IMG/VR virus record: IMGVR_UViG_3300029708_000226
Strand: one strand, 5' to 3'
DNA: 64,000 nucleotides
Origin: a virus
Lineage: Duplodnaviria > Heunggongvirae > Uroviricota > Caudoviricetes
The position numbers and the translations under genes were made by a program. Positions 1 to 9,017 of this stretch are shown here, piece by piece. The notes beneath the pieces were generated by a model. The model worked only from the letters and a program-made list of their open reading frames with translations. It had not been told where the DNA came from and did not search any database. Position 1 is the stretch's first letter. Each line of letters begins with the position of its first letter.

Positions 1-82
1 ATTGATCAAGTACACACTTTTTGAACCCAAAACAAGAAAAACGCTTCTGGAGTGCTGACCAAAAGCGTTTTGTCTACAGTCT

Positions 83-107
83 GATAGGCTCACATTGTGA
101 GCCTAAT
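83..107. terminator. Perfect palindrome TAGGCTCACATTGTGAGCCTA followed by a T-run; a second copy lies at 440-464
   Basis: 9-bp arms AGGCTCACA/TGTGAGCCT are visible in the sequence; the two copies flank a small gene. Confidence 0.5.
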
Positions 108-145
108 TTTTATTGTTTGATATTTTCCTTTATTTCTACATTGCA

Positions 146-310
146 TTATGTCAATGGTTTGCCTAATCTGTTTCTCCAATAGTTGTCTTCACATTCTTGT
201 ACTCTTTGTTCCCATTGACGTTTTTGTTCTCTCTCAGACTTCTGCTGAAACTCCTGTTTCTTACATTTCCTTTGCTTCTCCAAAATGCAGTTCATTATAA
301 AAGTATTCAT
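146..310 (-). CDS. Small basic protein (~54 aa; starts MNTFIMNCILEKQRK), hypothetical
   Basis: ATG at 310 preceded by GGAAGGA RBS; the conserved promoter motif sits upstream at 345-365; not in the ORF track because it is <60 aa. Confidence 0.4.
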   Translation of the reverse strand: MNTFIMNCILEKQRKCKKQEFQQKSEREQKRQWEQRVQECEDNYWRNRLGKPLT

Positions 311-344
311 TCAAGTGCTCCTTCCTGGGCGGATATCTATTTTG

Positions 345-365
345 ATATTATTAATATGAAGGAAA
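345..365 (-). promoter_or_regulatory. Conserved cassette promoter-like motif (plus-strand reading ATTATTAATATGAAGGAAAAG)
   Basis: Member of the ~37-copy motif family found 25-60 nt upstream of minus-strand start codons. Confidence 0.5.
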
Positions 366-439
366 AGAACTATAAAAATGCGTAGACTATATGTAGTGGA
401 TATACTGTAGAAGAATATAAAATATTGATTTAGAATATA

Positions 440-464
440 GGCTCACAATGTGAGCCTAATATGC
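440..464. terminator. Second copy of the palindrome TAGGCTCACAATGTGAGCCTA
   Basis: Near-identical to the copy at 83-107. Confidence 0.45.
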
Positions 465-598
465 CGCAAAGCCGCATAAATAAAGGGTTTCGTTAAAAAC
501 AAGATGTCGTAGAGAGGGTCGAAAACGGTACAATATCTTGATTTATTTTACCTTCTATTTTGACATAAAAAGAGCCCCATTTCTGAGGCTCCTGAGTT

Positions 599-1738
599 TT
601 AATGTTCTTCTCCCTGAGTAATAATTGGTTTAATTCGTTTCTCTGATAAGGTTTGCTGTTCCTGTTTGGTTTCTTCGACAACAGAGTCAACATAATCAAG
701 AAACTCGGACGATTCATCGATTTCTTCTACATCAGACGGTTCGGTGTATTTTTCTAAGTAGCTATTTTCCTGTTCTATACTTTTCAATTCAAGTCTTATT
801 TTTGCCATTTGTTCATTGCTTAATTCTGGATTAGCATAGACAGAGGCATCAAGTCCTTCTTTTAAGCCTTCTCTTATTTCTTCCATTTGATCAATATCAA
901 ATACGGGATTAGCATAAATTGACGCATCAATGTCGTTTTCCAAACCCCATCTTATTTCTTGCATTTGAGGCCAACTAAATTCAGAATTAGCATAAATAGA
1001 GACATCGATCCCATTCCTCAGACCTTCTCTTATTTGGCTCATTTGATAGCATTCGAATTCGGGTTTAGCATAAATGGAGACATCAAAGCCTTCTTCTAGG
1101 CCTGTTCTTATTTGAGACATTTGAGATTCATCGAAATTAGGGTTGGCGTAAATAGAAATATCAACGCCCGTCTCTAAACCTTTTCTTATTTCTTGCATTT
1201 GAGATTCATCGAAATTAGGGTTGGCGTAGACGGATGCATCTATTCCATTCTCCAACCCCTTTTTTATTTCGCGCATTTGCCATAAATTGAACTTCGGGTC
1301 TGCATAAACGGAGATATCGAGTTTGGCTTCCAGCCCTTCTCTTATCTGTCTCATTTGATCGCAATTAAATTCTGGTTTAGCATAAGGAGAGACATTAATC
1401 CCATTCTCTAAACCAATTTTTATTTCACACATTTGCCATAAATTGAGCTTCGGATCTGCATAAAAGGATACATCGAGTTTAGATTCCAAACCATATCTTA
1501 TTTCATGCATTTGTTCATCGTCAAATTCAGGTTTGGCATAGATGGAAACATCGAGTCTGGATTCCAGACCTTCTCTTATCTGTCTCATTTGATCGCAATT
1601 AAATTCTGGTTTAGCATAAATAGAGGTATCGATACCAGACTCCAACCCACTTTTTATCTCTTCTTTTATTTGCTCCAGTTGATACTGATCAAATTTAGAT
1701 TTATTAAGCCATTCCGGAAAATTATATCTTTTCGACAT
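599..1738 (-). CDS. Tandem-repeat protein, ~11 copies of a 26-aa unit (xYAxPxFxxxQMxEIRxGLExGxDVS); function unknown
   Basis: 379-aa ORF; a 78-nt DNA periodicity is visible across ~800-1700; RBS AGGAGG precedes the ATG at 1738; its C-terminal ~40 aa resemble those of the next gene. Confidence 0.75.
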   Translation of the reverse strand: MSKRYNFPEWLNKSKFDQYQLEQIKEEIKSGLESGIDTSIYAKPEFNCDQMRQIREGLESRLDVSIYAKPEFDDEQMHEIRYGLESKLDVSFYADPKLNLWQMCEIKIGLENGINVSPYAKPEFNCDQMRQIREGLEAKLDISVYADPKFNLWQMREIKKGLENGIDASVYANPNFDESQMQEIRKGLETGVDISIYANPNFDESQMSQIRTGLEEGFDVSIYAKPEFECYQMSQIREGLRNGIDVSIYANSEFSWPQMQEIRWGLENDIDASIYANPVFDIDQMEEIREGLKEGLDASVYANPELSNEQMAKIRLELKSIEQENSYLEKYTEPSDVEEIDESSEFLDYVDSVVEETKQEQQTLSEKRIKPIITQGEEH

Positions 1739-1780
1739 TTTTGTTTACCTCCTAATAAAAATATTCCGAGTTAATTTGCT

Positions 1781-1802
1781 CTGACATTATTATGAAAGAA
1801 AA
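1781..1802 (-). promoter_or_regulatory. Conserved cassette promoter-like motif (CTGACATTATTATGAAAGAAAA on plus)
   Basis: Lies between the terminator hairpin at 1824-1850 and the RBS/ATG of the 599..1738 gene. Confidence 0.55.
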
Positions 1803-1823
1803 TATACTTACAAAAATATAAAA

Positions 1824-1850
1824 AGAGCCGCATTTTTTGCGGCTCCATCA
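1824..1850 (-). terminator. Intrinsic terminator hairpin (GGAGCCGCAAAAAATGCGGCTCTTT on the minus strand)
   Basis: GC stem plus T-run immediately after the stop of the upstream gene. Confidence 0.6.
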
Positions 1851-1855
1851 AAGTA

Positions 1856-2731
1856 TTAATGTTGCTCAACCTGGGTGATAAACGGTTTAGTTTGTTTCTC
1901 CGTTAATGCCCGCTGCTCTCGTTTGGTTTCCTCGACGACAGCTTCAATATGCTTCATAAAATCAGAAGGTTCATCAATTTCTATATTATTTTCGTTTTCG
2001 GAGCATTCCTTTTCAAAATCTTTTATCGCTGCGTTGATTTCGCGTATTTCGAATTCATTGATTGAATTTTTACTGACTTCTTCGCGAAGTCGATCAATTA
2101 ATTCGTGAGCTTTTTGTCTGATGTTTTGGTCATCGTTATATGCTAAAATATCAATGTGATAATTTCCAAATATTTCTCTTTTTGTTTTTAAGTCAAATTT
2201 TTTAAATTTGGCACGCAAGCTAACATCTTTGCTATTATCCTTAACCAAGACATCAAGATCTTTTTCTCGGCAATAACTTACAGCTTCTTTTCTTATCTCT
2301 TCGTATCGGCTATGAACAAGAAGATCAAGGTCATTGTCCCGACTATGACATAAAACAGCCCTTTGCACATCCTCATCATCGGAATTGACAAGTATATCCA
2401 AGTCTTTATCACGACCATATCTGGCAACAGCTATATCGACAAATGGATCTTCATCATGTACCAAAATATCCAAATCTTTATCCCGTCCATATTCAGCGAC
2501 AGTTATTCTAATCATCGGTTCTTCATCATGTACCAAAATATCCAAATCTTTATCCCGTCCATGTTTAGCAATGGCTATTTTAACGTAGGGTTCTTCACTA
2601 TGTATCAGGATATCCAAATCTTTATCATTTCCTAATTCTGCAAGGCTTCGTTTTATGTGTAAAGGAGCATTTAATAATTTCAAATCTTCTTTGACCTGTG
2701 GCGTATTTTCTTGCGTGTTTTCTGTTTTCAT
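1856..2731 (-). CDS. Repeat protein with ~6 copies of a 24-aa LRV/HEAT-like unit (KDLDILVHDEEPxVRIAVAxYGRD)
   Basis: Start refined to MKTENTQ (ATG at 2731, RBS AGGAGG); repeats are visible as a 72-nt periodicity over 2290-2640; the C-terminal tail EIDEPSDF...VVEETKREQ...TEKQTKPFITQVEQH is shared with the 599..1738 product. Confidence 0.7.
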   Translation of the reverse strand: MKTENTQENTPQVKEDLKLLNAPLHIKRSLAELGNDKDLDILIHSEEPYVKIAIAKHGRDKDLDILVHDEEPMIRITVAEYGRDKDLDILVHDEDPFVDIAVARYGRDKDLDILVNSDDEDVQRAVLCHSRDNDLDLLVHSRYEEIRKEAVSYCREKDLDVLVKDNSKDVSLRAKFKKFDLKTKREIFGNYHIDILAYNDDQNIRQKAHELIDRLREEVSKNSINEFEIREINAAIKDFEKECSENENNIEIDEPSDFMKHIEAVVEETKREQRALTEKQTKPFITQVEQH

Positions 2732-2768
2732 AATTTTTCCTCCTAAAAGTATTTCTGGATTAATTTGT

Positions 2769-2791
2769 CCTGACATTATTATGTCAGAAAA
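2769..2791 (-). promoter_or_regulatory. Conserved cassette promoter-like motif (CCTGACATTATTATGTCAGAAAA)
   Basis: Same family; sits between the terminator at 2806-2833 and the RBS. Confidence 0.55.
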
Positions 2792-2843
2792 TAGATTTAT
2801 AAAAATATAAAAAAGAGCCACATTTCTGTGACTCTTTAAAAAA

Positions 2844-3785
2844 CTATTTTTCTGCCGTCGTTGTCCCATCGGTTACATTACCAATATCCAAAATCAAATT
2901 GCTGGAATCAGAATTCATAACGCTGGGTAACTTTCCGTCCCACTTGTCATAATACTGCTGTTTCAAAATCTTTTCCGTGATGGAGTCATTTAGCAGCTTA
3001 TTTGCGTCTGCTTCACCCTGTGCCTTAATAACCGCCGCATCGGCTTCCGCTTTTGCCTGGGTCGTCTTCACCTTCGCTTCGGCCTCGGCCGCCTCAATCT
3101 GCCGCTTATTTTCGATCTGCTGCTTTTCGTAAGCAAGCTGCGCGGTCTGTTTGTCGGCGATTGCCTGATTGTAAGACTCCTCGAAATCAGTATTGGCGAT
3201 AACTACTTTGTTGATAAATACCACTTCGTCACCGTATTTCTGATTCAACGCTTCCTGAATCTTCTCCTGCGCGAGAGGTTCAATAATTCCTCTGTTTGTC
3301 GCATCGGTGGAATTTAATTCCTTACTACTGCTCTTGATTGCAGAAGCAACCAGGCTATCAGAAATCAGATTCTTTTTATAATCTGATATGTTTGCATAGA
3401 TCCATGCGCTTTTTTCGGAATTGATCGTATAGGTAACAGTTACGCCCTCATAATACAAAATCGTTCTTTCGGATGTTTCGCTCCATACCTGCCCGGTGTA
3501 AGCAATATCCTGTTGCTTATTGTTTACCTGGCTGATTTTCTGAACAAAGGGAATCTTCCAGTTAAACCCATTCTGGACGGTTCGATTATCAATCTGTCCA
3601 AAAGTAATCCGGACACCGGTATATCCCGTGGGGATAATTGCAAAGGACTGGCTGAGAACACAAATTGCTAATCCCAAAAAAACTCCGGGAGCGGCGTGTC
3701 TCATCGTTTTTTCCTTTTCGTTTACAACCCAGATGATGCTTGCAATAGCAATTACGATACCAATAATTAATAATGCGATATTCAT
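2844..3785 (-). CDS. SPFH/band-7 (prohibitin/HflC-like) membrane protein
   Basis: N-terminal TM helix, SPFH-like core and an Ala/Glu/Lys-rich coiled-coil tail (AEAEAKVKTTQAKAEADAAVIKAQGEADA). Confidence 0.75.
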   Translation of the reverse strand: MNIALLIIGIVIAIASIIWVVNEKEKTMRHAAPGVFLGLAICVLSQSFAIIPTGYTGVRITFGQIDNRTVQNGFNWKIPFVQKISQVNNKQQDIAYTGQVWSETSERTILYYEGVTVTYTINSEKSAWIYANISDYKKNLISDSLVASAIKSSSKELNSTDATNRGIIEPLAQEKIQEALNQKYGDEVVFINKVVIANTDFEESYNQAIADKQTAQLAYEKQQIENKRQIEAAEAEAKVKTTQAKAEADAAVIKAQGEADANKLLNDSITEKILKQQYYDKWDGKLPSVMNSDSSNLILDIGNVTDGTTTAEK

Positions 3786-3900
3786 AAAATATCCTTTCTG
3801 TTTTTAATGGTTTTCTCCATTTTTCTTCAGTTATAAAATTATTATGAAAGAAAATCATGATATAAAAACAGAAAACTCCGGAAATATTCCGGAGTTAATG

Positions 3901-4272
3901 TTACCTTTCTGAAATTGCCGCCGCATACGCCAAATAACATGCAATATCGCCAAGATCTTTTCTGCCAAATTCTTTTTCCAAAGGCATTTTATTATACCTA
4001 AGAAAAATATTCAGACAATCCATAAACCGATCATGTGACGATGTACGATATTTGTCGTTTTCTATCTTCCACATACTATCATGTATTGCCCAGTCCATAC
4101 GGTATTTTGCATACTTGATTGCTGCATTAAGCAAATCCGTCGCTAACTCCCTATTATCCTCATCTTCGCCAGATAGAGCATTCGGAAGCATGGTGCTTAC
4201 GAGTATAGCGATATCTTCACATTCGGAATTGGTAAAAAAACTATTCATAGAAAAGTTCCTCCTTCCGGTCAT
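3901..4272 (-). CDS. Hypothetical protein (123 aa)
   Basis: ORF with its own upstream motif and terminator. Confidence 0.5.
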   Translation of the reverse strand: MTGRRNFSMNSFFTNSECEDIAILVSTMLPNALSGEDEDNRELATDLLNAAIKYAKYRMDWAIHDSMWKIENDKYRTSSHDRFMDCLNIFLRYNKMPLEKEFGRKDLGDIACYLAYAAAISER

Positions 4273-4588
4273 CTAGCTCATGAAATAGCTCTTTTACGTT
4301 TGTATACTCTTCTATTATCTGATCCATATCTGCTTCAGACAGATTAACTGCAGAATAACTTTCGATATGTTTATCGTTAAAGATCGGATCATAAACTGGT
4401 TTAAATATAAAATGAAATTCATTTTTGCATTTTGTTGGAAGTATGGAAACATGTTTTTCGGTAAATTCTTCTCCGGTATCAAAAACGAGCCGGACATCAT
4501 ATCCATAGCCCTGTAATATGCGAACAATGTGCTTTCCGCCGTCAGGATTAGATGTTTTTTCTTCCTTTATAACTTTAAGCTGATACAT
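4241..4588 (-). CDS. Hypothetical protein (115 aa)
   Basis: ORF; promoter motif at ~4618-4634. Confidence 0.5.
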   Translation of the reverse strand: MYQLKVIKEEKTSNPDGGKHIVRILQGYGYDVRLVFDTGEEFTEKHVSILPTKCKNEFHFIFKPVYDPIFNDKHIESYSAVNLSEADMDQIIEEYTNVKELFHELDDRKEELFYE

Positions 4589-4650
4589 TCGTCTCCTCCA
4601 TTTCTCTAGTATTGTATCATTAATATGTCAGAAATGGGAAGAGTAAATAT

Positions 4651-5520
4651 TCAGCGTTCAATATCCTTTGCTGAACAGCCATTGGAATGTTCATAATTGC
4701 CATTTAGCACATCCTGCAGAAGAGAAGATCTTTCCGGTACTTTTTCTTCTATCTGTACTGCCCCTCCGTGATCGCTCGATATTTCCATGACTACATTTTT
4801 GAAAATTTCCTTTCCTATATACCCGTTTTCGCTTTTATCAAAATAACACGATGCACCGCCAAGAGAAATATTACCGACCGTTTCAATGTCGTATTCTCCA
4901 TATTTTGTAGGATTTTCGAGGCTGATCTGACAACCATCGCGAAAAGTGACTATGCCGGTTTTGCGTTCGTTCATGAAAATCTGTAAATCTTCCGATATAT
5001 CTGCGGAAGCGTATTCATTGAATTTTTCTGTCATTTCGTTTTTATTCAGCTCTGGATAAGATTTTTCCTTTGCTTTTTCTACAACCTGGTCCAGGAGATG
5101 CTCTGATTTCTCGAGTGTTCCTTTTTCGAACAATTCGTTTGTCAGGTCTGCACAAAATTTTGCAACACGGTAGTGATTGTCCTGGCTGAATTTTAGTAAT
5201 CCATGTTCCTGTGTCATCTGGGGTTCAAAATCAAATATTTTTTGCTGTCCATTTCGTCTTGCAATATCATTGATATTTTTACAGGCAGCGCAGGCCTTGT
5301 CATGAACTTTATTTCTTTCGTCGTTTGCCTTTTCGATTCTTGCTATATATTCCGACTGATCTATTCTTTCGGAAATAAGGAATGCGCGATTTCTTTCAAT
5401 AGCAAGTTCCTGATTAGCGACTGTATTGACATATTTGGTTAATGTCTGTGCGTATTCAACGATTTCATCTGCACTCCCGGGAACTTTTTCCATAAGTGCG
5501 CTAAGTTTTTCTATATACAT
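4651..5520 (-). CDS. Hypothetical protein (289 aa)
   Basis: ORF; promoter motif at 5541-5558. Confidence 0.55.
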   Translation of the reverse strand: MYIEKLSALMEKVPGSADEIVEYAQTLTKYVNTVANQELAIERNRAFLISERIDQSEYIARIEKANDERNKVHDKACAACKNINDIARRNGQQKIFDFEPQMTQEHGLLKFSQDNHYRVAKFCADLTNELFEKGTLEKSEHLLDQVVEKAKEKSYPELNKNEMTEKFNEYASADISEDLQIFMNERKTGIVTFRDGCQISLENPTKYGEYDIETVGNISLGGASCYFDKSENGYIGKEIFKNVVMEISSDHGGAVQIEEKVPERSSLLQDVLNGNYEHSNGCSAKDIER

Positions 5521-5573
5521 AAAAACACCATCCTTTCTGCCATTAATATGACAGAAAGAACGGGTACAAAATC

Positions 5574-6026
5574 CTAAAGCAGTATCTTCTCTAACAGTAT
5601 CTTCCGCTCATACTCCTCTCGTACTGCGTTCAGGTCAGTTGGTTCCTTTATGGTAAAACGAGCTCTTAGGAATCTCTCCATATCTTTTTCGATATTCTCT
5701 ATAGTTCCTTTTGCGGTTTTTCCAGGTCCTGCTGTAAGATAAAAAGTCCATTTTCCGAGAGCGTTATTGCCACGTCTCCCGTTTTCATCCGGAGCGAGGT
5801 CGCAGCGAATTTCGATTCCGGACAAAGATATCTCCTTACATTCCGGTATCCAACGGTAATCTGTTATTACTCTCATTGCACCGCAAAATAACTGAAACAA
5901 CACGTTTCGAACTTCATTCCAGTGTTCTGCACAGTCTATTTCTATCGTCTGCAGAAACCATTCGAACTCAAAATCCATATCAAGACGGGATCCGGGTGCT
6001 TCTGCCGCTTTTGTTCCTTCAAACAT
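5574..6026 (-). CDS. Hypothetical protein (150 aa)
   Basis: ORF; motif at ~6054-6070 and hairpin TCCCGGAGCGGGGACTCCGGGA upstream. Confidence 0.5.
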   Translation of the reverse strand: MFEGTKAAEAPGSRLDMDFEFEWFLQTIEIDCAEHWNEVRNVLFQLFCGAMRVITDYRWIPECKEISLSGIEIRCDLAPDENGRRGNNALGKWTFYLTAGPGKTAKGTIENIEKDMERFLRARFTIKEPTDLNAVREEYERKILLEKILL

Positions 6027-6357
6027 AATTTTCTCCTATTCTGTTATATATAACTATTATGAAAGATATTTTTTTAAATAACAAAATTTCCCGGAGCGGG
6101 GACTCCGGGAAACGCATCAAAGATAAAAGGGGAATCAGATCTATTTTCATCTGATAATACTATTATAACAGCTTTGAAATTTATTGCAAATTTCTGCACA
6201 GAAATTATTACAAAGAAAAATAAACAAAAATAACAATACAAAACAGTATGTATTTAACAAAACAACTGTTCCATATTGTATTAATTTTAAAAATATGATA
6301 TTTTCGTTATGGCAAAAGTAGATAGATGTTTTTGTTTACGAAAGAGAGGCGAAAATC

Positions 6358-6471
6358 ATGGAAAATAATCATGAAACAAGCGGATCTAATGGACAACCAC
6401 AATCAAATCTAACCGAGCTTCTTTTATTCCTTCTTCTTATTTTTTTAATTCTTGTTCTAATTAAATTCTAA
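6358..6471 (+). CDS. Candidate 37-aa peptide MENNHETSGSNGQPQSNLTELLLFLLLIFLILVLIKF with a hydrophobic C-terminal tail
   Basis: RBS GAGAGG 8 nt upstream of the ATG; a strong hairpin terminator (GGAGATCTACT...AGTAGATCTC) follows at 6487-6515; it is the only plus-strand gene in this neighbourhood. Confidence 0.3.
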   Translation: MENNHETSGSNGQPQSNLTELLLFLLLIFLILVLIKF

Positions 6472-6744
6472 TTTTTCTTCTAAAGGAGATCTACTGTGCA
6501 TTAGTAGATCTCTTTTTCTAATTGAATTCGCCTCTAACCACCATCATAATAGCAAAAAAATATTAAAAAAACTATATTTAATAGCTACAATTTTTTGCTA
6601 CATTATTTGGAAAATGTGCACAAAAAACATTTTTTAATTTTGTATAGTATTTATTTATGTAATGGTTTAATATTTTTTTAAAAAGGTTATAATGATACGA
6701 AAACATATGTTCCGCCGAAAACTAAATTCATTCTTTGAAAGTAT

Positions 6745-7179
6745 TTATTGATTAACAAAAAAATAAACGTCATAAACATCTGCATTTTGATGTGATGAGA
6801 TTTTAAAATATGCCTCGCATATTTTTAAGTAGTCAACTCTCCTTTTGGGAGGAATTGCTATTTCATATCTCGGATAAATGTAACGATACCAAAACAGATC
6901 CAGACACCGGTTTTGTTCGTAATACTCCATCCTTGGTTCAATAATTTGCAGAATTCCGCCTGATTTTAAATATCTGTGGAGACACTGAATCACCTTCGGT
7001 ATATCAGCATGATGTAGTACGTTTTTAAGGCGAAATTCATCAACGGATCCTTCTTGCAATCCAATAATTTCGTTTGTTTCTGTATTGTATACATAATTTA
7101 AATAGGGACCTTGAGTAATATCACATGTTTTATATCCAGGATATGGATTATATCCGCTGCCAAAATCAATTTTAAGCAT
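6745..7179 (-). CDS. Small class-I SAM-dependent methyltransferase-like protein (144 aa)
   Basis: Motif-I-like IDFGSGYNPYPGYKTCDI and LKSGGILQII; tightly linked downstream of the radical-SAM genes. Confidence 0.5.
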   Translation of the reverse strand: MLKIDFGSGYNPYPGYKTCDITQGPYLNYVYNTETNEIIGLQEGSVDEFRLKNVLHHADIPKVIQCLHRYLKSGGILQIIEPRMEYYEQNRCLDLFWYRYIYPRYEIAIPPKRRVDYLKICEAYFKISSHQNADVYDVYFFVNQ

Positions 7180-7188
7180 ACTGCACTC

Positions 7189-7989
7189 CTACGCCAAGTC
7201 GTGGTTTCCTATATCATGGCAGTAATCTTCCCACACAGAATAGACTTTATGGGAATACCGTTCATTAGAATGACAATTCGGTGCAATGATAATATCTGTC
7301 TTTTCGTATCCGGCTTCTTCCGTATCTGCGGATGCGTTTTTATCTCCATGATACCCAAACAGCCCAAATTCTTTTCCCTTCCACTCAAACGTGAAGAAAT
7401 TATGTCCATCACTACGTAATAATTTAGCGCCCATGCCATAAAGCAGATCTTCATAGCTGTCTTTATAGTTTAAATTGTATCTGCCCATAAGATCTTCACA
7501 TACAACCACGCCGATATCATCTGCTAAAATCATATCAACAAGTTCATATAACTTTTCCCCAGTAGACTCCCAAGATTTTGGAAGATTGATGCGTAAATTA
7601 GGCACGTACTTTTTTGCAATCAGTATCTGTTCTCTTCTGGCCTTATATTGTTCTTTAGAAGATATAGAGATTGCCATTTCTTCCAGTCCATTTTCCACTA
7701 AAGCTTTTGTTAATTCTTCAGTTAATTTTGTACCATTTGTTACCAGACAAATTGTATTTACGTATTTATTCACTACTTCGAAATAATCTACGATATTCGG
7801 TAAAAGCAAACTCTCTCCGCCCATAATGGTGGCTCTTTCCAGCATACCTACTTTTTTCATAGTCTCTTCCATTTTTTCAATATCTAATATCTTTTCTCGC
7901 TTCTCCGGCTGAAAGCAAAAATAGCAGTTTTGATTACAATGAAAATTTGTGATAATTCGATACCGGAACACTCTATGATTATGTAACAT
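7189..7989 (-). CDS. Radical SAM enzyme (CxxxCxxC: NFHCNQNCYFCF), 266 aa
   Basis: Start refined to MLHNHRV (GGAGG RBS 8 nt upstream); the hairpin at 8003-8030 separates it from the upstream peptide gene. Confidence 0.75.
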   Translation of the reverse strand: MLHNHRVFRYRIITNFHCNQNCYFCFQPEKREKILDIEKMEETMKKVGMLERATIMGGESLLLPNIVDYFEVVNKYVNTICLVTNGTKLTEELTKALVENGLEEMAISISSKEQYKARREQILIAKKYVPNLRINLPKSWESTGEKLYELVDMILADDIGVVVCEDLMGRYNLNYKDSYEDLLYGMGAKLLRSDGHNFFTFEWKGKEFGLFGYHGDKNASADTEEAGYEKTDIIIAPNCHSNERYSHKVYSVWEDYCHDIGNHDLA

Positions 7990-8037
7990 ATTTTCCTCCA
8001 TAGAAAATGCCCCTGAATGGGGCATTTCTGTTAACGA

Positions 8038-8163
8038 TTACTTATTCTCAGTAATAATAGCTAACTGACCGCATGCAGCTTTTGCAGTAATTTCTGCTTC
8101 AGTCGCAATGGCAACTGCGTAATCATAACCTGCTGCTCTTAACTGATTTGCGATTTTTTCCAT
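8038..8163 (-). CDS. 41-aa peptide MEKIANQLRAAGYDYAVAIATEAEITAKAACGQLAIITENK; candidate substrate or partner of the flanking radical-SAM enzymes
   Basis: GGAGG RBS; sits between two radical-SAM genes with 22-nt and 48-nt gaps; not in the ORF track (<60 aa). Confidence 0.4.
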   Translation of the reverse strand: MEKIANQLRAAGYDYAVAIATEAEITAKAACGQLAIITENK

Positions 8164-8184
8164 GAATTTTTCCTCCTTTATGTA

Positions 8185-8979
8185 TTACATCAAATTTCTT
8201 TTCTCGATAATACCAGATCCCATATGATTTTTCTCAGAAATCTCGTTCTCGTTAATAGGACTTAATTTTATAAAGAAATATCTAGGATCAAAATATTTGG
8301 TCAAGATATTGATGTCAAAATCTTCATAGTCTACCAATGTCATATTGACAGTTGTTTTCAAATTACTATTTGTCCGAATCTGGCCCAGTTCTTCGATAGA
8401 CATCAGATTACTGATAGGAATTAAATTGTGTCGTCTTTCCTCATTAAGACTATGTAAGCTTACTTGTAACGTAATATTGTCTTTAATCCAGCTAAAATCA
8501 CTTCCCTGTAATCCAACTGTAGAGATATAATGATGCGTTCCTGGATATTTTTCGTCAATTATCTGAATGGCTTTTTTTACTTCTTCTATATTTAGGAACG
8601 GCTCTCCCATTCTGGTGTAATTGATTTTATGTTCCCAAGCATCTTCAAATCGATATTCCGGATTCTGTTTGATAATAAATTCCACCTGGGCTACAATCTC
8701 TTCGGCTGTTAAGCAACGCCATCTTTTAAGTTTTCCGGTTGCGCAAAATTTACAATGCACAGGACAACCGCTCATACAACTAACACCAATCATCCATCGA
8801 TTGGTCCGGTCTCCAACTTCATATGTCTTCAGTGTGTTTTCATTGTTATTGATTGCGTCCTTTGTATAATTTGGTAAAAAAGTATCGGTGACTTCCAATG
8901 GATATTCATCCTCTGTTTCTAATGCATATACCTTTCCATTTGTAAAGGATCTGCTGCGTAATTCTTTTAACATAAGCAC
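8185..8979 (-). CDS. RlmN/Cfr-family radical SAM methyltransferase homolog, C-terminally truncated (264 aa)
   Basis: GCPVHCKFCATG, LTAEEIVAQV, MGEPFLN, ISTVG and LQVSLHSLNEERRHNLIPI mirror conserved RlmN blocks; it lacks the C-terminal region that carries the methyl-carrier Cys in RlmN. Confidence 0.7.
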   Translation of the reverse strand: MLMLKELRSRSFTNGKVYALETEDEYPLEVTDTFLPNYTKDAINNNENTLKTYEVGDRTNRWMIGVSCMSGCPVHCKFCATGKLKRWRCLTAEEIVAQVEFIIKQNPEYRFEDAWEHKINYTRMGEPFLNIEEVKKAIQIIDEKYPGTHHYISTVGLQGSDFSWIKDNITLQVSLHSLNEERRHNLIPISNLMSIEELGQIRTNSNLKTTVNMTLVDYEDFDINILTKYFDPRYFFIKLSPINENEISEKNHMGSGIIEKRNLM

Positions 8980-8996
8980 CTCCGTTTATTTTTCTA

Positions 8997-9017
8997 CCAT
9001 TAATATGACAGAAAAAG
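8997..9017 (-). promoter_or_regulatory. Conserved cassette promoter-like motif (CCATTAATATGACAGAAAAAG) heading the radical-SAM operon
   Basis: Motif family; the four genes downstream have no internal motif, so they appear co-transcribed. Confidence 0.55.

Noticed and set aside
197-385. Plus-strand ORF 197..385 (62 aa)
   Set aside because: It is antisense to a minus-strand small gene that has an RBS and promoter motif. It is a low-complexity Leu/Phe-rich translation with no RBS.
800-1700. 78-bp and 72-bp DNA periodicities (also 2290-2640) as possible CRISPR or satellite arrays
   Set aside because: The units are contiguous, degenerate at third codon positions, and encode the 26-aa and 24-aa protein repeats.
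2363-2635. Plus-strand ORFs 2363..2635 and 2385..2588
   Set aside because: They are antisense within the 24-aa repeat region of 1856..2731. Repeat-driven frames without RBS.
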